From an uncultured Conexibacter sp. (GTDB lineage: Bacteria; Actinomycetota; Thermoleophilia; Solirubrobacterales; Solirubrobacteraceae), in the NCBI GenBank assembly GCA_964443695.1, contig CAYUDT010000002.1:25040-89039 (forward strand): a stretch of DNA of 64,000 nucleotides. Direction: 5' to 3'. Shown piece after piece: positions 50,401-61,600 of the stretch. Position 1 is the first letter of the stretch, and each line of letters starts with the position of its first letter. The notes beneath the pieces were generated by a model. The model did not search any database and was not told the DNA's origin. It saw only the letters and a program-made list of their open reading frames with translations. The position numbers and the translations under genes are program-made.

Positions 50401-52882
50401 AGGCCGGCGGGGACGGCGGGTCCAGCGCGCAGCGGGTCTCCTGCACCCCGCTGCCGTCGGCGTCGTCGGCGCTGACCAGCAGCGTGACGCGGTCGAAGTA
50501 GGTGCTGTCGCCGGGGGCCGCGCCGCCGACCGGGACGAGGTTGATCTTCGTCGCCGGCGGCGTCGTCTCCGGCGCGGTGGTGTCGACGGTGAAGGAGCGC
50601 GACGCAGGCGTCGGGTCGCTGCCCGTCGCGTTCACCGCGGTGACCGTGAGCGTGTGCGGGCCGTCGGGCAGCGGCGGCGTGGTGAACGGCGACGTGCACG
50701 TGGTCGCGGCCTCGCCGTCGAGGGCGCACGTGAACGTGGCGGCGGCGTCGTCGGAGGAGAACGTGAACGTCGGCGTGGTGTTGGCCGTCGTCCCGGTCGG
50801 GCCGCTGTCGATCGTCGTGTCCGGCAGCGGCGTGATCGCGATGGCCTGCGACACCACGGTGCTCGCGTTGCCCGCGCCGTCGCGTGCCGCCGCGAACAGG
50901 GTGTGCGGCCCGGGTGCGCTGACAGCAGTGGCGGTGGCGTAGGCGCACGACACCGGCAGGTCGGCGAACGACGCCGGGGTGGACGCCGGGTCGAGCACGC
51001 AGCGCAGCTCCGCGACGCCGGACAGCGCGTCGGTCGCGGACGCCGTGAGCGTCACCGACGTCGTGGACGTCCCGCCGGCGGGAGTGACGTCGATGGACGC
51101 CACGGGCGCGTCGCCGTCGACGTAGATCGTCCGCGCCACCACGTCGGAGACGTTGCCTGCCGTGTCCCGGGTCGCCGCGTAGATCTGGTGCGCGCCGGCC
51201 GTCGTGACGGTGCCGCCCATCAGGAACGGGCAGGGCGTCAGCGGCAGGTCGTCGTAGGTCGCGGGGGCCGATGCGGGGTCCAGCACGCAGCGGATCTGGA
51301 AGCCGGGCCCCACCCCCGGGGAGGGCTCGGGGTCCGAGGCGCTGACGAGCAGCGCGACCTGCGTCGGGTGCGCCCCGGAAACGGGGTCGGTCTGGATCGC
51401 GGTCACGGCGGGCACCGTGTCGACCTCGAAATCGACGCGCGCGGGCGTCGGGTCGGTCTGCGTCGCGTCGGAGGCCCGGACCTCGAAGGTGTGCGGCCCG
51501 TCCGCCAAGGGCCCGAACGTGTCCCCGCCGGTGCAGGCGGCGAACGCGCCGAGGTCGATCCGGCACTCGAAGCTCGTGCCGGTGCCCGAGCTGAACGTCC
51601 ACGACGGCGTGCTGTCGGTGGTGGGTCCCTGCGGCCCGCTGTCCACCTGCGTGTCGGGCGCCGACGTGATGGTCAGCGCGAGGTTGTCGACGTAGGCGTC
51701 GTTGTAGGCCAGCGAGTCGACGGCGGGCTGGCGGACCAGCTCGACCTGGAGCATGCCGTAGTCGGTCGCGGCCGGGATCGACGCGGTGACGCTGCGCGGC
51801 AGCAGCGTCGTGATGTTGCCCCTGTCCGCCGGGGTGACGGTGGGCAGGGCCACGGTCGTGAGGATGTGGTCGTCCCCACCGGGTGTCCCGCGCTGCCACC
51901 ACTGCAGGGAGACGTTGGCGTGGTCCTGCTCGGCGGCGTATCCGCCGAGGTGCGCCGACAGCGTGGCCTGCGCGTTGCCGCCCGCGATGGCGGTGAAATC
52001 GGCCGGTCGCAGGGAGATCTGCTGCACCATCGTCGAGACCGGGTTGGCCGACCCGCCGGCGAAGAACGCGCCGCCTCCGCCGATGGCGTCGCTGACCGTG
52101 CTGTCGGGGTAGCCGGCGCCGGCGTAGGCGTGCTGCGTGGCGCCGACCGTCGAGATCCACAGCGGCGGCGCGAAGCGCGTGGAGGCGTCGCTGCCCGCCT
52201 GGCCGATCTCCGCGCCGGGGTTGAGGATCAGCTGGTCGGCGCCGTCGGTGAGCACGAGCGCGAGGTTGTCCGCCGACGCGTCGTTGTAGGTGTGCCCGCC
52301 GCTGGTGACGAACAGGAACTGCACCGTCATCCGCACGCTGCGGGTGCCTGCGGGCACCAGCTCGGTCGTGCTCCGGGCCAGCAGCTTGGTGACGCCGGCC
52401 CGGTCGCTGCTGGTGACGGTCGGCAGCGTCACCGTCCGGATCGTCTGGTCGCTCGCGTCCCGGAACGCCGCCGTGACGATCGCGCGGTCGGGCTGGCTGT
52501 CCCAACCCCCGAGCTCCCCGCTCAGCGTCGCGTAGACCTTGCCGCCGTCCAGCTCGGCGGCGCCCGCCGACAGGTCGATGACCTGCGTCATCTCGCGCGT
52601 GGTGGACCCGTTGCCGCCGATGAAGTACGCGGTGTTGCCCGCGCCGCCGCTGAGCTTGGGCATCGGTGGAACCGCGTCGTAGGCGACCTCGGTGATGCCG
52701 CTCGGCGACGGCGTCCAGCCCGACGGGGTCCGGGTGACGAAGTAGTCCGCCGTGGCGTTGCCGTCCTCCGCGTCGCCGTTGACGATCACGTTGCCGGTCG
52801 GCAACGTCGCTCCGGCCGGCCCGGCGGTCACCGCCAGGACCGACAGGAGCAGGATCAGGCCCCGCAGCACACGTCCTCCCAT
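47438..52882 (-). CDS. Large secreted multidomain surface protein (two CBM-like domains, Ig-like repeats, PKD-like domain, basic FN3-like tail)
   Basis: Signal ending AGPAGA; tandem NGDAE/NPGAE...DNLAL domains; repeated C.LD...C...HT..AAARD.AGN modules; WDLTGDG. Confidence 0.85.
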   Translation of the reverse strand: MGGRVLRGLILLLSVLAVTAGPAGATLPTGNVIVNGDAEDGNATADYFVTRTPSGWTPSPSGITEVAYDAVPPMPKLSGGAGNTAYFIGGNGSTTREMTQVIDLSAGAAELDGGKVYATLSGELGGWDSQPDRAIVTAAFRDASDQTIRTVTLPTVTSSDRAGVTKLLARSTTELVPAGTRSVRMTVQFLFVTSGGHTYNDASADNLALVLTDGADQLILNPGAEIGQAGSDASTRFAPPLWISTVGATQHAYAGAGYPDSTVSDAIGGGGAFFAGGSANPVSTMVQQISLRPADFTAIAGGNAQATLSAHLGGYAAEQDHANVSLQWWQRGTPGGDDHILTTVALPTVTPADRGNITTLLPRSVTASIPAATDYGMLQVELVRQPAVDSLAYNDAYVDNLALTITSAPDTQVDSGPQGPTTDSTPSWTFSSGTGTSFECRIDLGAFAACTGGDTFGPLADGPHTFEVRASDATQTDPTPARVDFEVDTVPAVTAIQTDPVSGAHPTQVALLVSASDPEPSPGVGPGFQIRCVLDPASAPATYDDLPLTPCPFLMGGTVTTAGAHQIYAATRDTAGNVSDVVARTIYVDGDAPVASIDVTPAGGTSTTSVTLTASATDALSGVAELRCVLDPASTPASFADLPVSCAYATATAVSAPGPHTLFAAARDGAGNASTVVSQAIAITPLPDTTIDSGPTGTTANTTPTFTFSSDDAAATFTCALDGEAATTCTSPFTTPPLPDGPHTLTVTAVNATGSDPTPASRSFTVDTTAPETTPPATKINLVPVGGAAPGDSTYFDRVTLLVSADDADGSGVQETRCALDPPSPPASFADLPASCPFLALADVAGLGAHTLYAAARDKAGNTGPLVTRTFTIVAAPAPAPTPPLNVQPRVQLVEAPSRAVLGDSVTMYAGGGEISANTNFGWDLTGDGQTDLTCTGMPGVSFTAQQPGQTNVTVSASGGLGGAAVQALNTGGSRRAAFRQRGATLTSLALANVAQCLPPRPGQKDHFEELNPCYRTQFTSTEAKAVGAFFVRGCLKQGHSLSDVPAAERGAVKAALDDWLRRDNHASTTIGGNPLVPGGSTKRTYSDTDYEQASKAMTWFIGEFAEIEGTQFQARAGHKIVVFPQLARVITSGADLSVGEIALDGPAAFSLNLSPKRGEVVLGNFKVVSRKLFYNGTTQDSRTAIAGLRFNGVMGVTIRHGGTSLDGSVELPRPGFSLANGPDGADVHLDVRRIGDVFTGLYRLDFVGTTIGPFASEFLGLGARNIRLQITDLKTLKVSGTVCLPDPLGCMDLAATFVDGVFNEARVFVNLPGKGIPLSAGVFLNGFGGFFGLDPTRMGGEARVTALEIFNITGKIVVAFPSKAQPYRLGPADLDVPANLYRTYTALTVGASGKAALQLPFGLGSVDFAYAYFLYRAPAYVALGGGVDVNKFGVHLWGGVNGEFNAENGRFNLFGNINASLFDIVTAGAIAGVSSGGAGGCVDVGPVNIGGGVQWRRGGAELFLWPFDGCKWSRFTQDNVVGEPSEFRAAGGARTLVVKKGDPDPAVQISSASGAPGVQITGPGVDVASAAGAGVQGTEKVRILRSEQLHMTTVGIVDAAPGTYTLAPLADSPPFTSVLHAADPPDARVSATVTGSGVQRTLTYDVLDRPGQSVTFLDAGEGGVKEIRTISGGGRGSFRFRPVPGAGRHQVIARFTLNGLPAERRTVARFTPPSPLLPALRGLKVRRVSAKVAQLSWRTVSGASSYRVALALGNGGRLRRTVRRTSLRASAAGLAYGAVVRVTPQAPMLEGRPSTAKLKTTKLPRPERFAKLA

Positions 52883-52979
52883 CAGGGCACCCATCGTGCT
52901 GCGGACGCGCGGCTGCGTCAGGGTCCCAAAGGGTGGAGACGCCTCCACCCTTTGTCTGCGTCACGGTGAGGCGGATCGC

Positions 52980-53089
52980 GTGTGCACCAGTTGGGCCCAC
53001 CGCCCAATGCGTGCACACACGGTCCTCCCCGACCGCCCGCCACTTCACCTGCGTGCACCAGTTGGGCCCACCGCCCAACCACTGCACAC
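52980..53089. repeat. Tandem pair of REP-like palindromes
   Basis: GTGCACCAGTTGGGCCCACCGCCCAA occurs twice 71 nt apart, each closed by a TGCAC arm. Confidence 0.8.
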
Positions 53090-53093
53090 GGGG

Positions 53094-54638
53094 TCAGGCG
53101 GGTTGGATGATGCTGTCGCCGTACTCGGCGCGCAGCTGGTGCTTGAGGACCTTGCCGGCCGCGTTGCGCGGCAGCTCGGGCAGGACGACGACCCCCGTGG
53201 GCTTCTTGTAGGACGCGAGCTTGTCCACGATGAACGCGTTGATGTCCTCGATCGTCGGCGGCGCGTCGGCGTCGGCGGGCACCACGACGGCGATGGGCGT
53301 CTCGCCCCAGCGCTCGTGCTTGGCGCCGATGACCGCGACGTCGATGACCTCGGGGTGCCCCGCGATCGCGTTCTCGACCTCGGCGCAGTAGATGTTCTCG
53401 CCGCCGCTGATGATCATGTCCTTCTTGCGGTCGACGACGTAGATGAAGCCCTCGTCGTCGGCGCGGACCAGGTCGCCGGAGTGGAACCAGCCGCCGTGGA
53501 ACGCCGCGGCCGTCTCCTCGGGCTTGTTCCAGTAGCCGGCCATCAGCGTCGGGCCGCGGTAGACGATCTCACCGACCTCGCCCGGAGCGACGTCGTTCAT
53601 CTCGTCGTCGACGATGCGGACCGCGATCGTCGGGACCGGCTTGCCGACCGAACCGATCTTGCGGATCGCCTCCTCGGGCGGCAGGTGCGTCGTCACCGGC
53701 GACATCTCGGTCTGGCCGAACACGCTGATGATCTCGCAGTGCGGGAAGGTCGCCGACATCTTCTCCAACAGCGAGACGGTCGCCGGCGCCGCGCCCCAGG
53801 AGATCGTCCGCAGCGTCGCCGACTTCTTCGTCGCCTCGGGGTGCTCGCAGAGCACCTGCCACTGCGCGGGCACCAGGAACAGGCCGGTGATGCCCTCGCT
53901 CTCGACGATGTCCAGCGTCGACTGCGCCTCGAACAGCCCAGTGGGCATGATCACCGTAGGGGTGCCGATGAGGATCGACGGCGGCATGCCGCCGATGCCC
54001 GCGATGTGGAACAGCGGGACGTTGCACAGCGACACGCCGTCCTCGCCGAACGCCCGCGCCGTGCGGATCGACGTGATCGTCTGCATGAGCAGGTTGAGGT
54101 GGCTGAGCATCGCGCCCTTGGGCCGGCCCGTGGTGCCCGACGTGTACATGATCAGCGCGACGTCGCGCTCGTTGATGTCGACCTCGGGCACGTCATCGGC
54201 GTGGCCGGACGCGACGAGATCGGCGTAGTCCTCCCCCACCGTGATGACCGGCACCGGCCCGGCGGAGGCGACCGCGAGCTGCTTCAGCAGCGTGTCGGTG
54301 AACAGCAGCTTGGACCCGCTGTCCTCCAGCACGTAGGCGACCTCACCGGGCGCCAGGCGGAAGTTGATCGGCACCGCGATGGCGCCCAGAGCGTTGGCCG
54401 CGATCGTCATGACGACGAACTCCGGCCGGTTGGTCATCAGGATCGCGACACGATCGCCCTTCGCCACCCCGCGGCCGGCCAGCGCCGACGCCAGGCGGCG
54501 GACCTGCCCGTTCAGCTGCGACCACGTGATGGTCTCGCCCTCGAAGCGGAGGGCCGTCCCGTCGGGGTTGGTGAAGGCGTGGAGGGCGACGCTGTCGACC
54601 CAGTGGGCCCCGGCGAAGGGCAGGCGGGAATGGGACAT
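53094..54638 (-). CDS. Long-chain fatty-acid--CoA ligase (AMP-binding family)
   Basis: YTSGTTGRPKG, PLFHIAG, FGQTE, GWFHSGDL, DRKKDMIISGGENIY, PRNAAGKVLK. Confidence 0.95.
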   Translation of the reverse strand: MSHSRLPFAGAHWVDSVALHAFTNPDGTALRFEGETITWSQLNGQVRRLASALAGRGVAKGDRVAILMTNRPEFVVMTIAANALGAIAVPINFRLAPGEVAYVLEDSGSKLLFTDTLLKQLAVASAGPVPVITVGEDYADLVASGHADDVPEVDINERDVALIMYTSGTTGRPKGAMLSHLNLLMQTITSIRTARAFGEDGVSLCNVPLFHIAGIGGMPPSILIGTPTVIMPTGLFEAQSTLDIVESEGITGLFLVPAQWQVLCEHPEATKKSATLRTISWGAAPATVSLLEKMSATFPHCEIISVFGQTEMSPVTTHLPPEEAIRKIGSVGKPVPTIAVRIVDDEMNDVAPGEVGEIVYRGPTLMAGYWNKPEETAAAFHGGWFHSGDLVRADDEGFIYVVDRKKDMIISGGENIYCAEVENAIAGHPEVIDVAVIGAKHERWGETPIAVVVPADADAPPTIEDINAFIVDKLASYKKPTGVVVLPELPRNAAGKVLKHQLRAEYGDSIIQPA

Positions 54639-54714
54639 GCGCCGATCCTCTCCCATCGACCATACGGTGTCGAATGGAAACCGCGCCACCTGGCGGAGCC
54701 GGGGCACACCGTGT

Positions 54715-55533
54715 TCAGCCGCGGACGTAGAGCTGACGCCGCAGCGTCTCGGTGCCGGTGCGCGCCCACACCACGGTGCGCAGCCGGTGCCCGCCCCGGA
54801 CGGCGGCGCGGATGCGTGAGAGGGCGGCCCGCGTGGTGCCCAGGAAGACCCGCTGCGAGGAGCCGGCGCTCACGCCCGCACGGCGCACCCCGACCAGCGA
54901 CACCACCCGCCGGCCGATGTAGACGCGGCCCCACGCCTGCATCGTCCCGGAGGTTCCGGGGACGACGGTCATCCCGACGCCACCGGACCGCGTGATGCGC
55001 TGCGGATCGTTCAGCGCGATGTGACCGCCCGCGGAGGAGGGCCCCGTGACGCCGGCGCCCGACGTGCCGCCCTTGCCGTTGACCAGCAGCGTCGCCGACA
55101 CCTGCCCGTTGCCGCCGTTGGGGTCGTCGACGTCGGACGCGTAGACCTTGGCCTTGGCGATGAACGTGCCCTCCTTGACGCCCTTGACCTTGATCCGCAC
55201 GACCGCCTGCTGCTGGCTGGCGAAGTCGCCGAGGTCGCACTGCACGAACGTCCCGGACACGGTGCACGAGTTGCCGCCGAAGTGCTGCACGTCGACGAAC
55301 TGCAGGCCCGCCGGCACGTCGACCTGCAGGTCGATCCTCAGCGCGCCGTCCGGCCCGTTGTTCTGCGCGGTGATCTTGTACTCCGACACGTCGCCGACGC
55401 GGATCGGCTGCGGCTCGGCGTGGCCGGACACGCTGACGTCAGCGCGGCAGGTGTTCGGCCCGCAGCGACCGTCGGCGACGGCCGTCGCGGAGACCAGCAG
55501 CGCAGCGATCACGCAGGCGAGGACCAGACGCAC
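54715..55533 (-). CDS. Secreted DUF11-domain protein with a basic C-terminal tail
   Basis: Signal; ADVSVS..PQPIRVGD..YKITAQNNGPD..C..CDLG..DPNGGN. Confidence 0.8.
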   Translation of the reverse strand: MRLVLACVIAALLVSATAVADGRCGPNTCRADVSVSGHAEPQPIRVGDVSEYKITAQNNGPDGALRIDLQVDVPAGLQFVDVQHFGGNSCTVSGTFVQCDLGDFASQQQAVVRIKVKGVKEGTFIAKAKVYASDVDDPNGGNGQVSATLLVNGKGGTSGAGVTGPSSAGGHIALNDPQRITRSGGVGMTVVPGTSGTMQAWGRVYIGRRVVSLVGVRRAGVSAGSSQRVFLGTTRAALSRIRAAVRGGHRLRTVVWARTGTETLRRQLYVRG

Positions 55534-55638
55534 TCCGTCGGTATACCCGATCGCCGAAATGCCGACGCCGCAGGCCGTTTCGGGCCCGCGGCGTCGGAGA
55601 GTGCCGCGTTCAGGGTCGCGGCAGGTCGGGCGGTACGG

Positions 55639-58600
55639 CTAGGACGTCGGGACCGAGCCGCCGCAGATGTTCAGGACGTCACCGAACAGCGGCAGGTTGA
55701 ACGCGTTCAACGTGCCCAGCGAGGTGCTGATGTCCAACTGCTTGGCACCACCGCAGTCCAGGCTGTTCTGGGCGACGGTGGTGATGTTCTGGCTGACGCC
55801 GCAACCCAGGACCGAGCCGCGCACCGCGCCGGTGATCCAGGCGATCCGCTTGAAGGCCCGGGCCGGGTTGCTGTCGTTGCCCATGACGAGCTTCGGGATG
55901 CTCGGCGGCACCCGGACGTCGTTGAGGACGAACGGGTACTTCTGGGAATCGATGTACAGATAGATGCGCGGCACCTGACCTGCGCTGATCGACACGATCG
56001 GCTTGAACGTGAAGCTCGTACCGGAGTCGGCGAAGTCCAGCGAGATGTTGTGGAAGCGCATGTTGTTGATGATCACCGGACCGGTCGCGAGACCGATGTT
56101 GGCGTTCATCGTGATCATGTTGTTGATGTTGCGGTTGTTGGCGCTGTTGACGCCGTCGCTGAACGTCGACGTGTTCTGATCGTCGAAGTACAGCGAGGTC
56201 TGCGGGTTGTAGGGGCGGAACGCCGCCGGCGACATCCCCGTGGGGAAGTTGCCCGCCGTCTGGCTGCCCGTGCAGTTGCCGCTCGGGTTGGACGTGCCCA
56301 GGTTGGTCGTGGAGTGCGCCGAGTCGGTGCGGATGCACGACCCGTCGGTCGCCAGGCAGGCCTTCAGGATCTGGGGCACCTTCGTCAGCGAGAAGCTCGC
56401 CGACGGGATGTCACCCAGGTTCGTCAGGTTCAGCGTCAGCGACGCCATCGTCTGGTTGGCGTTGCCGGGGGACACCGGGGTGCCCACGGCGCCGTTGCGC
56501 AGGTTCAGCGTCGTCGGCTGCGGCGTCGTCGCCCCATCCACGGGCAGCGTCACCCCGACCTCGGTGTGGCCGGTCGGCTTGTTGAGCAGGCCGGTGATCA
56601 CCGAGGGCGCGATCGGGTTGCCGTTGTCGTCGGTCTGCGGCAGCGACGCGTCGATGTTGATCGGCTTGGTCGTCGTCGCGTTCTGGTCGATCGCGAGGTT
56701 GATCGGGTCGAGGTTCATCGACAGGCCCTTGACGCCGGTCAGCTTCACGCCGACGCCGAAGTTGGCCTCGTCACCGTGGTAGATGAACTGGTCGGTGCTA
56801 CCGCCCGAGGTCATCCCCGCGTCGGTCAGGTGCACACCGCCGGCCGCGAGGCGCAGCTCGTCGATCTGCTGGCCCGGGTCGACCGCCAGGGTCGCCAGCG
56901 GCTGCCCGGTCACGACCTCCGTGTCGGGCAGCGTCAGGCTGAACGTCTTCGGGACGCCACGCAGGTCCGCGCCGACGCCCTCGGCACCGGGCAGCAGCTC
57001 CAGGCCGTCGGCGTTGATCGTCACCTGCGACACGTTGGCCGTGGACTGCAGCGACAGCTTGGAGCCGCCCGACAGGAACTGGCCCGGGTTCTCCGGATCC
57101 GGCACCGTGGAGGGCAGGTCGGCGATGCCGACCGTCAGCTCGGCGGGCAGGTTGATGATGCCCATCGTCGCGTGGATCGGCTGCGTGCCGGGCTCGGCGT
57201 CCGCCGCCGGGGCCAGCTTGATGTCCGCGTTGAACGGACGCGAGGAGCCGACCTTGGTGTGCAGCGCGATCGGGTCGAGGGTGACCTCCACCAGCTGCAG
57301 GTCGAAGATCCGCGCCGCCAGGCGGAAGTGCCCGTCGGTGTCGTCCAGGAAGGCGCCGTCACCGGTCGCCGGGCCCGGAACCGTCGGGAACGACGAGGCC
57401 GCGTCCTTGGCGAACAGCTCGACCTTGCTGATCTGACCGCCACCGGCGTTCAGCGACAGCTTGCCCGAGTCCGGCGCCACGCCGATGGCGGCAGCGGCCG
57501 GCAGGCCCTCGAGGTTGATCTTGAACGCGTTGGCGTCGCCGATCAACGGCTCCTCGGAGGTCACGTCGGCGGTCAGCTGACCGATCGTCGCGTTGCCCGA
57601 GTAGCTGATCGTGCCCGGGTCGACGGAGTTGCCGGGCGACACCTCGACCGCCGTGTCGGCGAGGTTGGCCGTCAGGTTGAACTCGCTGGGCAGGTCGAGG
57701 ATCGCGACGTCGCCGCCGAAGGCAGCGGTGTCGATGTGGGCGCGGAACGGGCCGCCCGCGGTCTTGGTCTGCAGCGTCAGCGCGTCGCCGAAGTCGGCCA
57801 CCAGCGACTGCAGCTGCAGGATGCGGGCGCCGATGGCGAAGTCGCCGCCGTTGCCGTTGGTCTCGTCGCCGTCGTCGTCCTTGTCGACGTACACGACGCC
57901 CTGGTCACCCGCGGCGGGGACCTGCTTGCCCGAGGACGCGTTCCAGGCGGCCACCTCGACCGAGGTGATCGTGACCGGGTTGCCGTCCGCATCGGTGGCG
58001 ACCAGCGAGGCGCCGGTGCCACCGGCCGCGGCGGGGTCGTCGGACTGCGCGATGCCGAGCGTCACGCTCTGCGGCAGCCCGTGGATGTCGACGTCGAGGT
58101 GGTCGGCGCGACCGAACAGCGCATCGTTGGAGAAGGCCGACAGCTGCAGCTGGTCGATGCCGGCGGAGCCGTTGAACGACACCTGGCCGTCACCGAGGTT
58201 GGCCTCGACGCGAGCGACCGGCGGCAGCTGGTCGATCACGCCCGTCGCGCTGAACGCGTCGGAGGCGATGTCGAGGTCGAAGCGACCACCGGCGGTCTTG
58301 GCGTCGAGCAGGATGCTGCCGCTCTCGACCTCCGGGGTCTCCGGGTCGTCGCCACCGAGGCCCTGCAGGCCGGCGGTGAGGTGCGACAGGCCCAGGACCT
58401 TCGCCGACAGGTTGAACTCCCGGTCGCCGCCCGACGGCGTCACGTCGCGGAACGTGATGCCCTGGTTGGTGCGGAAGTCCGCGTTGTCGTCGTTGGACGC
58501 GAGGAACGACAGCTCCCCGATCGCGCCACCGTCGGTGGTGATGGTGGCGGCACCGCTGTCCTGGTCGAACCCGACGTCGATGGTCGGCGGGACGTTGAGG

Positions 58601-61600
58601 ATCTTGCCGGCGAGCTTGGTGGCCGCGCCGAACAGCGGAGCGGACGCCGGTGCGTGCGCGCCGAACGTGATCGAGTCCAGGCCCACCGGGGTGTCGTCCT
58701 GGTCCTTGCCGGTGTACCCGAAGTGGCCGTTGGCCAGGTCGAAGTTCAGCGACGTCTTGGCGGGCAGGTCCTCGATGCGCGCGGTCGCGTTGACACCCGA
58801 GGCATCGAGGTCGATGGAGAACGGGGTGGAACGCAGGTTGGCGTTCAGGCCGATGGAGTCGCCGGCCAGGCCGAACGTGAGCGAGCGGAGATCCAGCAGG
58901 CGCGCGGCCAGCAGGAAGTCACCCGCGTTGTCGTGGTAGACGGCACCCTGCTCACCGTCGGCGATCGAGGCCGGGAACGGCTGCGGCGCCGGGTCCGACG
59001 AGGCGAGCAGCTGGATGCTCTCGATCGGGTCCGGGGTGTTGTTGACGATGCCGCCGCCCGTGCCGCTGGCGGCCAGGTTGATCGACACGTCCTTCACGAG
59101 GTGCTTGATCGCCAGGCTGAACCGGCGGGCGTTCGCGAAGAACGGCTCCGGGCTGGCGACGGCCAGGTAGACGTCCTCGATCGCGGCGCTGCCGGCGTAG
59201 TGCACCTCGCCCGAGTCCGGGTCGAGGCCGATGTCCACGGAGTCCGGGAGATCGTGCAGGTAGCCGGTCGCGTCGAGGTCGGCCGTGTCGACGTCGATGT
59301 CGAACGGGCCGCCCGCGGTCTTGAGGACCAGGTTGATGTTGTCGCTGAGCGAGACGTTGACCAGCTTCAGCTGGTTGACGCGCGCGGCGAGCAGGAAGTC
59401 GCCGGGGTTGTCGTGGTAGGTCGCGCCCATGCCGGCCGGCAGCGCCGTCGCCAGGTCGATCGGGTGGTCGGACGCGGCGATCTCCAGCTGGCCGATCGGG
59501 TTGTCGTGCGCGTCGAGGCGCACGCCCGCGGCGTCCTGGGCGATGTCGAGGTCCATGTCACCGGGGATGTCGGTGATGTTGGCGACGATGTTCGTCGCGT
59601 TGCCGAACACCGGCGTCGCCGACTGCAGGTCGACGTGCACGCTGTCGATGCGCTGCAGGTTGCCGTCCGCGTCACGGCCGTTGACCGTGAGCTTGCCGGC
59701 GTCCAGGTCGATCGACGCGTCGAGCTTGGCGGGCAGGTCGTGGATGACCGCGTTGCCCGTCAGGTCGTCGGTGTTGGCGTGGAGCGTGAACGGGCCACCG
59801 GCGGTCTCGACGCTGAGCCGCAGCGGCGTCGAGGCGACCAGGCGCGCCTTCTTGAGCTTCAGCACGCGCGCGCCGATGGCGTAGTCGCCGCCGGACACGT
59901 CGGTGTAGTTGATGCCCTGCTCACCGGTCGGCGGCAGGTCGGTGCCGAGGTCGATCGCGCGGTTGGCCGCAGCCACCTCGATCGAGTCGATCGGGTCGTC
60001 GGTGGAGACGCCCACGCCGTCGCCGTTCTCGGCGAAGTCGACCGTGAACGCGGCCGGGATGCCCTTGATGTCGGCGTGCACGTACTTGGCGCGGCCGAAC
60101 AGCGGGGAGGTGCTGTGGGCGTTGACGAGGATCCGGGCCAGGGCCGCGGAGTTGTTGACGACGAGCTTGCCCTGGTCGAGGTTCAGCGACGCGTTGAGCG
60201 TCTCGGGCAGGTCCTCGATGCGGCCGTCCGCCTGCAGGTCGTCGGTGTCGACGTCCAGCGTGAACGGACCGCCCTCGGTCTCGGTCTTGATCGTGATCGG
60301 CGTGCCGGTGGAGACGCGCGCGGTCTTCAGCTTGCGGACGCGGGCGCCGAGGACGTAGTCCCCACCGCTGTTGTCCTTGAAGATCACGCCCTGCTCGTTG
60401 TTGGCCGGCAGGTCGGTCGTCGCGTCGAACGCGTGGTTGCCCGCGGCGACCTCGATCGACTGGATCGGGTCGTCGGTGGAGACGCCGACGCCGTCGCCGT
60501 TCTGGGCGAAGTCGACGGTGAACGCCGCCGGGATGCCGCGGACGTCAGCGTGGACGTTCGTGGCGCGGCCGAACAGCGCGTTGGTGCTGGTCGCGTCGAC
60601 GAGGACGCGGTTCAGCTCGGCGCTGTTGTTGACGATGAGCTTGCCGGCGTCGAGGTTCAGCGACGCGTTCAGCTGCGACGGCAGGTCCTCGATGCGCGCG
60701 TGGGCGCTGAGGTCGTCCGTCGCGAACTGCACGTCGAACGGGCCCGACTCGGTCTCCGTGGAGATCGCGATCGGCATCCCCGTCTGCACGCGCGCCTTCT
60801 TGAACTGGCGCACGCGCGCCCCGATGACGAACGGCTGCGCCGCCCGGTCCTCGTAGCGGACGCCCATCTCGTTGCCCGCCGGCAGCAGCGCCGCGCGGTC
60901 GGTGATGGCCTCGCTGGAGGCGCCGAGCTCGACGAGGCCGACGGCCCGGTCGGCGGTGACGCCGACGCCCTCGCCGTTGTCGGCGAAGTCGACGGTCAGG
61001 TCGGCGGGGATGTCGCCGACGTGGATGTCGAAGTCCTTCGCGCGGCCGAAGAGCGCGTTGGTGCTCTGCGCGGTGACGTCGACGGCGTTGATCGGCGCGT
61101 CGCTGTCATCGGAGTTGCGGCCCTTGAAGGTGACCTGGCCGGAGCCGAGGTTGCCGCTGATCGTGGTCTTCGCCGGCAGCGCGTCGACCGTGGCCTGCGC
61201 GGCCAGGTCGTCGGTCGCCAGGTCGGCGTTCAGGACGCCGCCCTGCGTCTCGGCGTACACCGAGAAGGTGTCGGAGATGTTCGCGGCGACCTTCTTGAAG
61301 CCGAGGACACGGGCCGAGGCGACGAACTCCGCGGAGTTGTCGACGTAGTGGATCGCCTGGTTGGCGCCGGCCGGCTGATCGGCGTCGAAGTCGATCGCAC
61401 GGCTGGCGGCGGCCAGGCGGATCTTGTCGATCGAGGACGCGGCCTCGACGGCGATGCCGCCACCGGCCTGGGTCAGCGACAGGGTCTCCGGCGAGGGGAT
61501 GCCGTCGATGCGGGCCTCGACGCGCGAGGCGCGCCCGAACAGCGTGCCACCGATCGACTCGGCACGGAGGTTCAGGTGCTCGATGCCGACGTTGTCGCCG

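Noticed and set aside
46202..53087. Long alternative ORFs (46202-50011 +, 50042-52969 +, 50172-53087 -)
   Set aside because: Shadow or off-frame ORFs overlapping better-supported secreted-protein genes; Arg/Gly-rich with no domain signal
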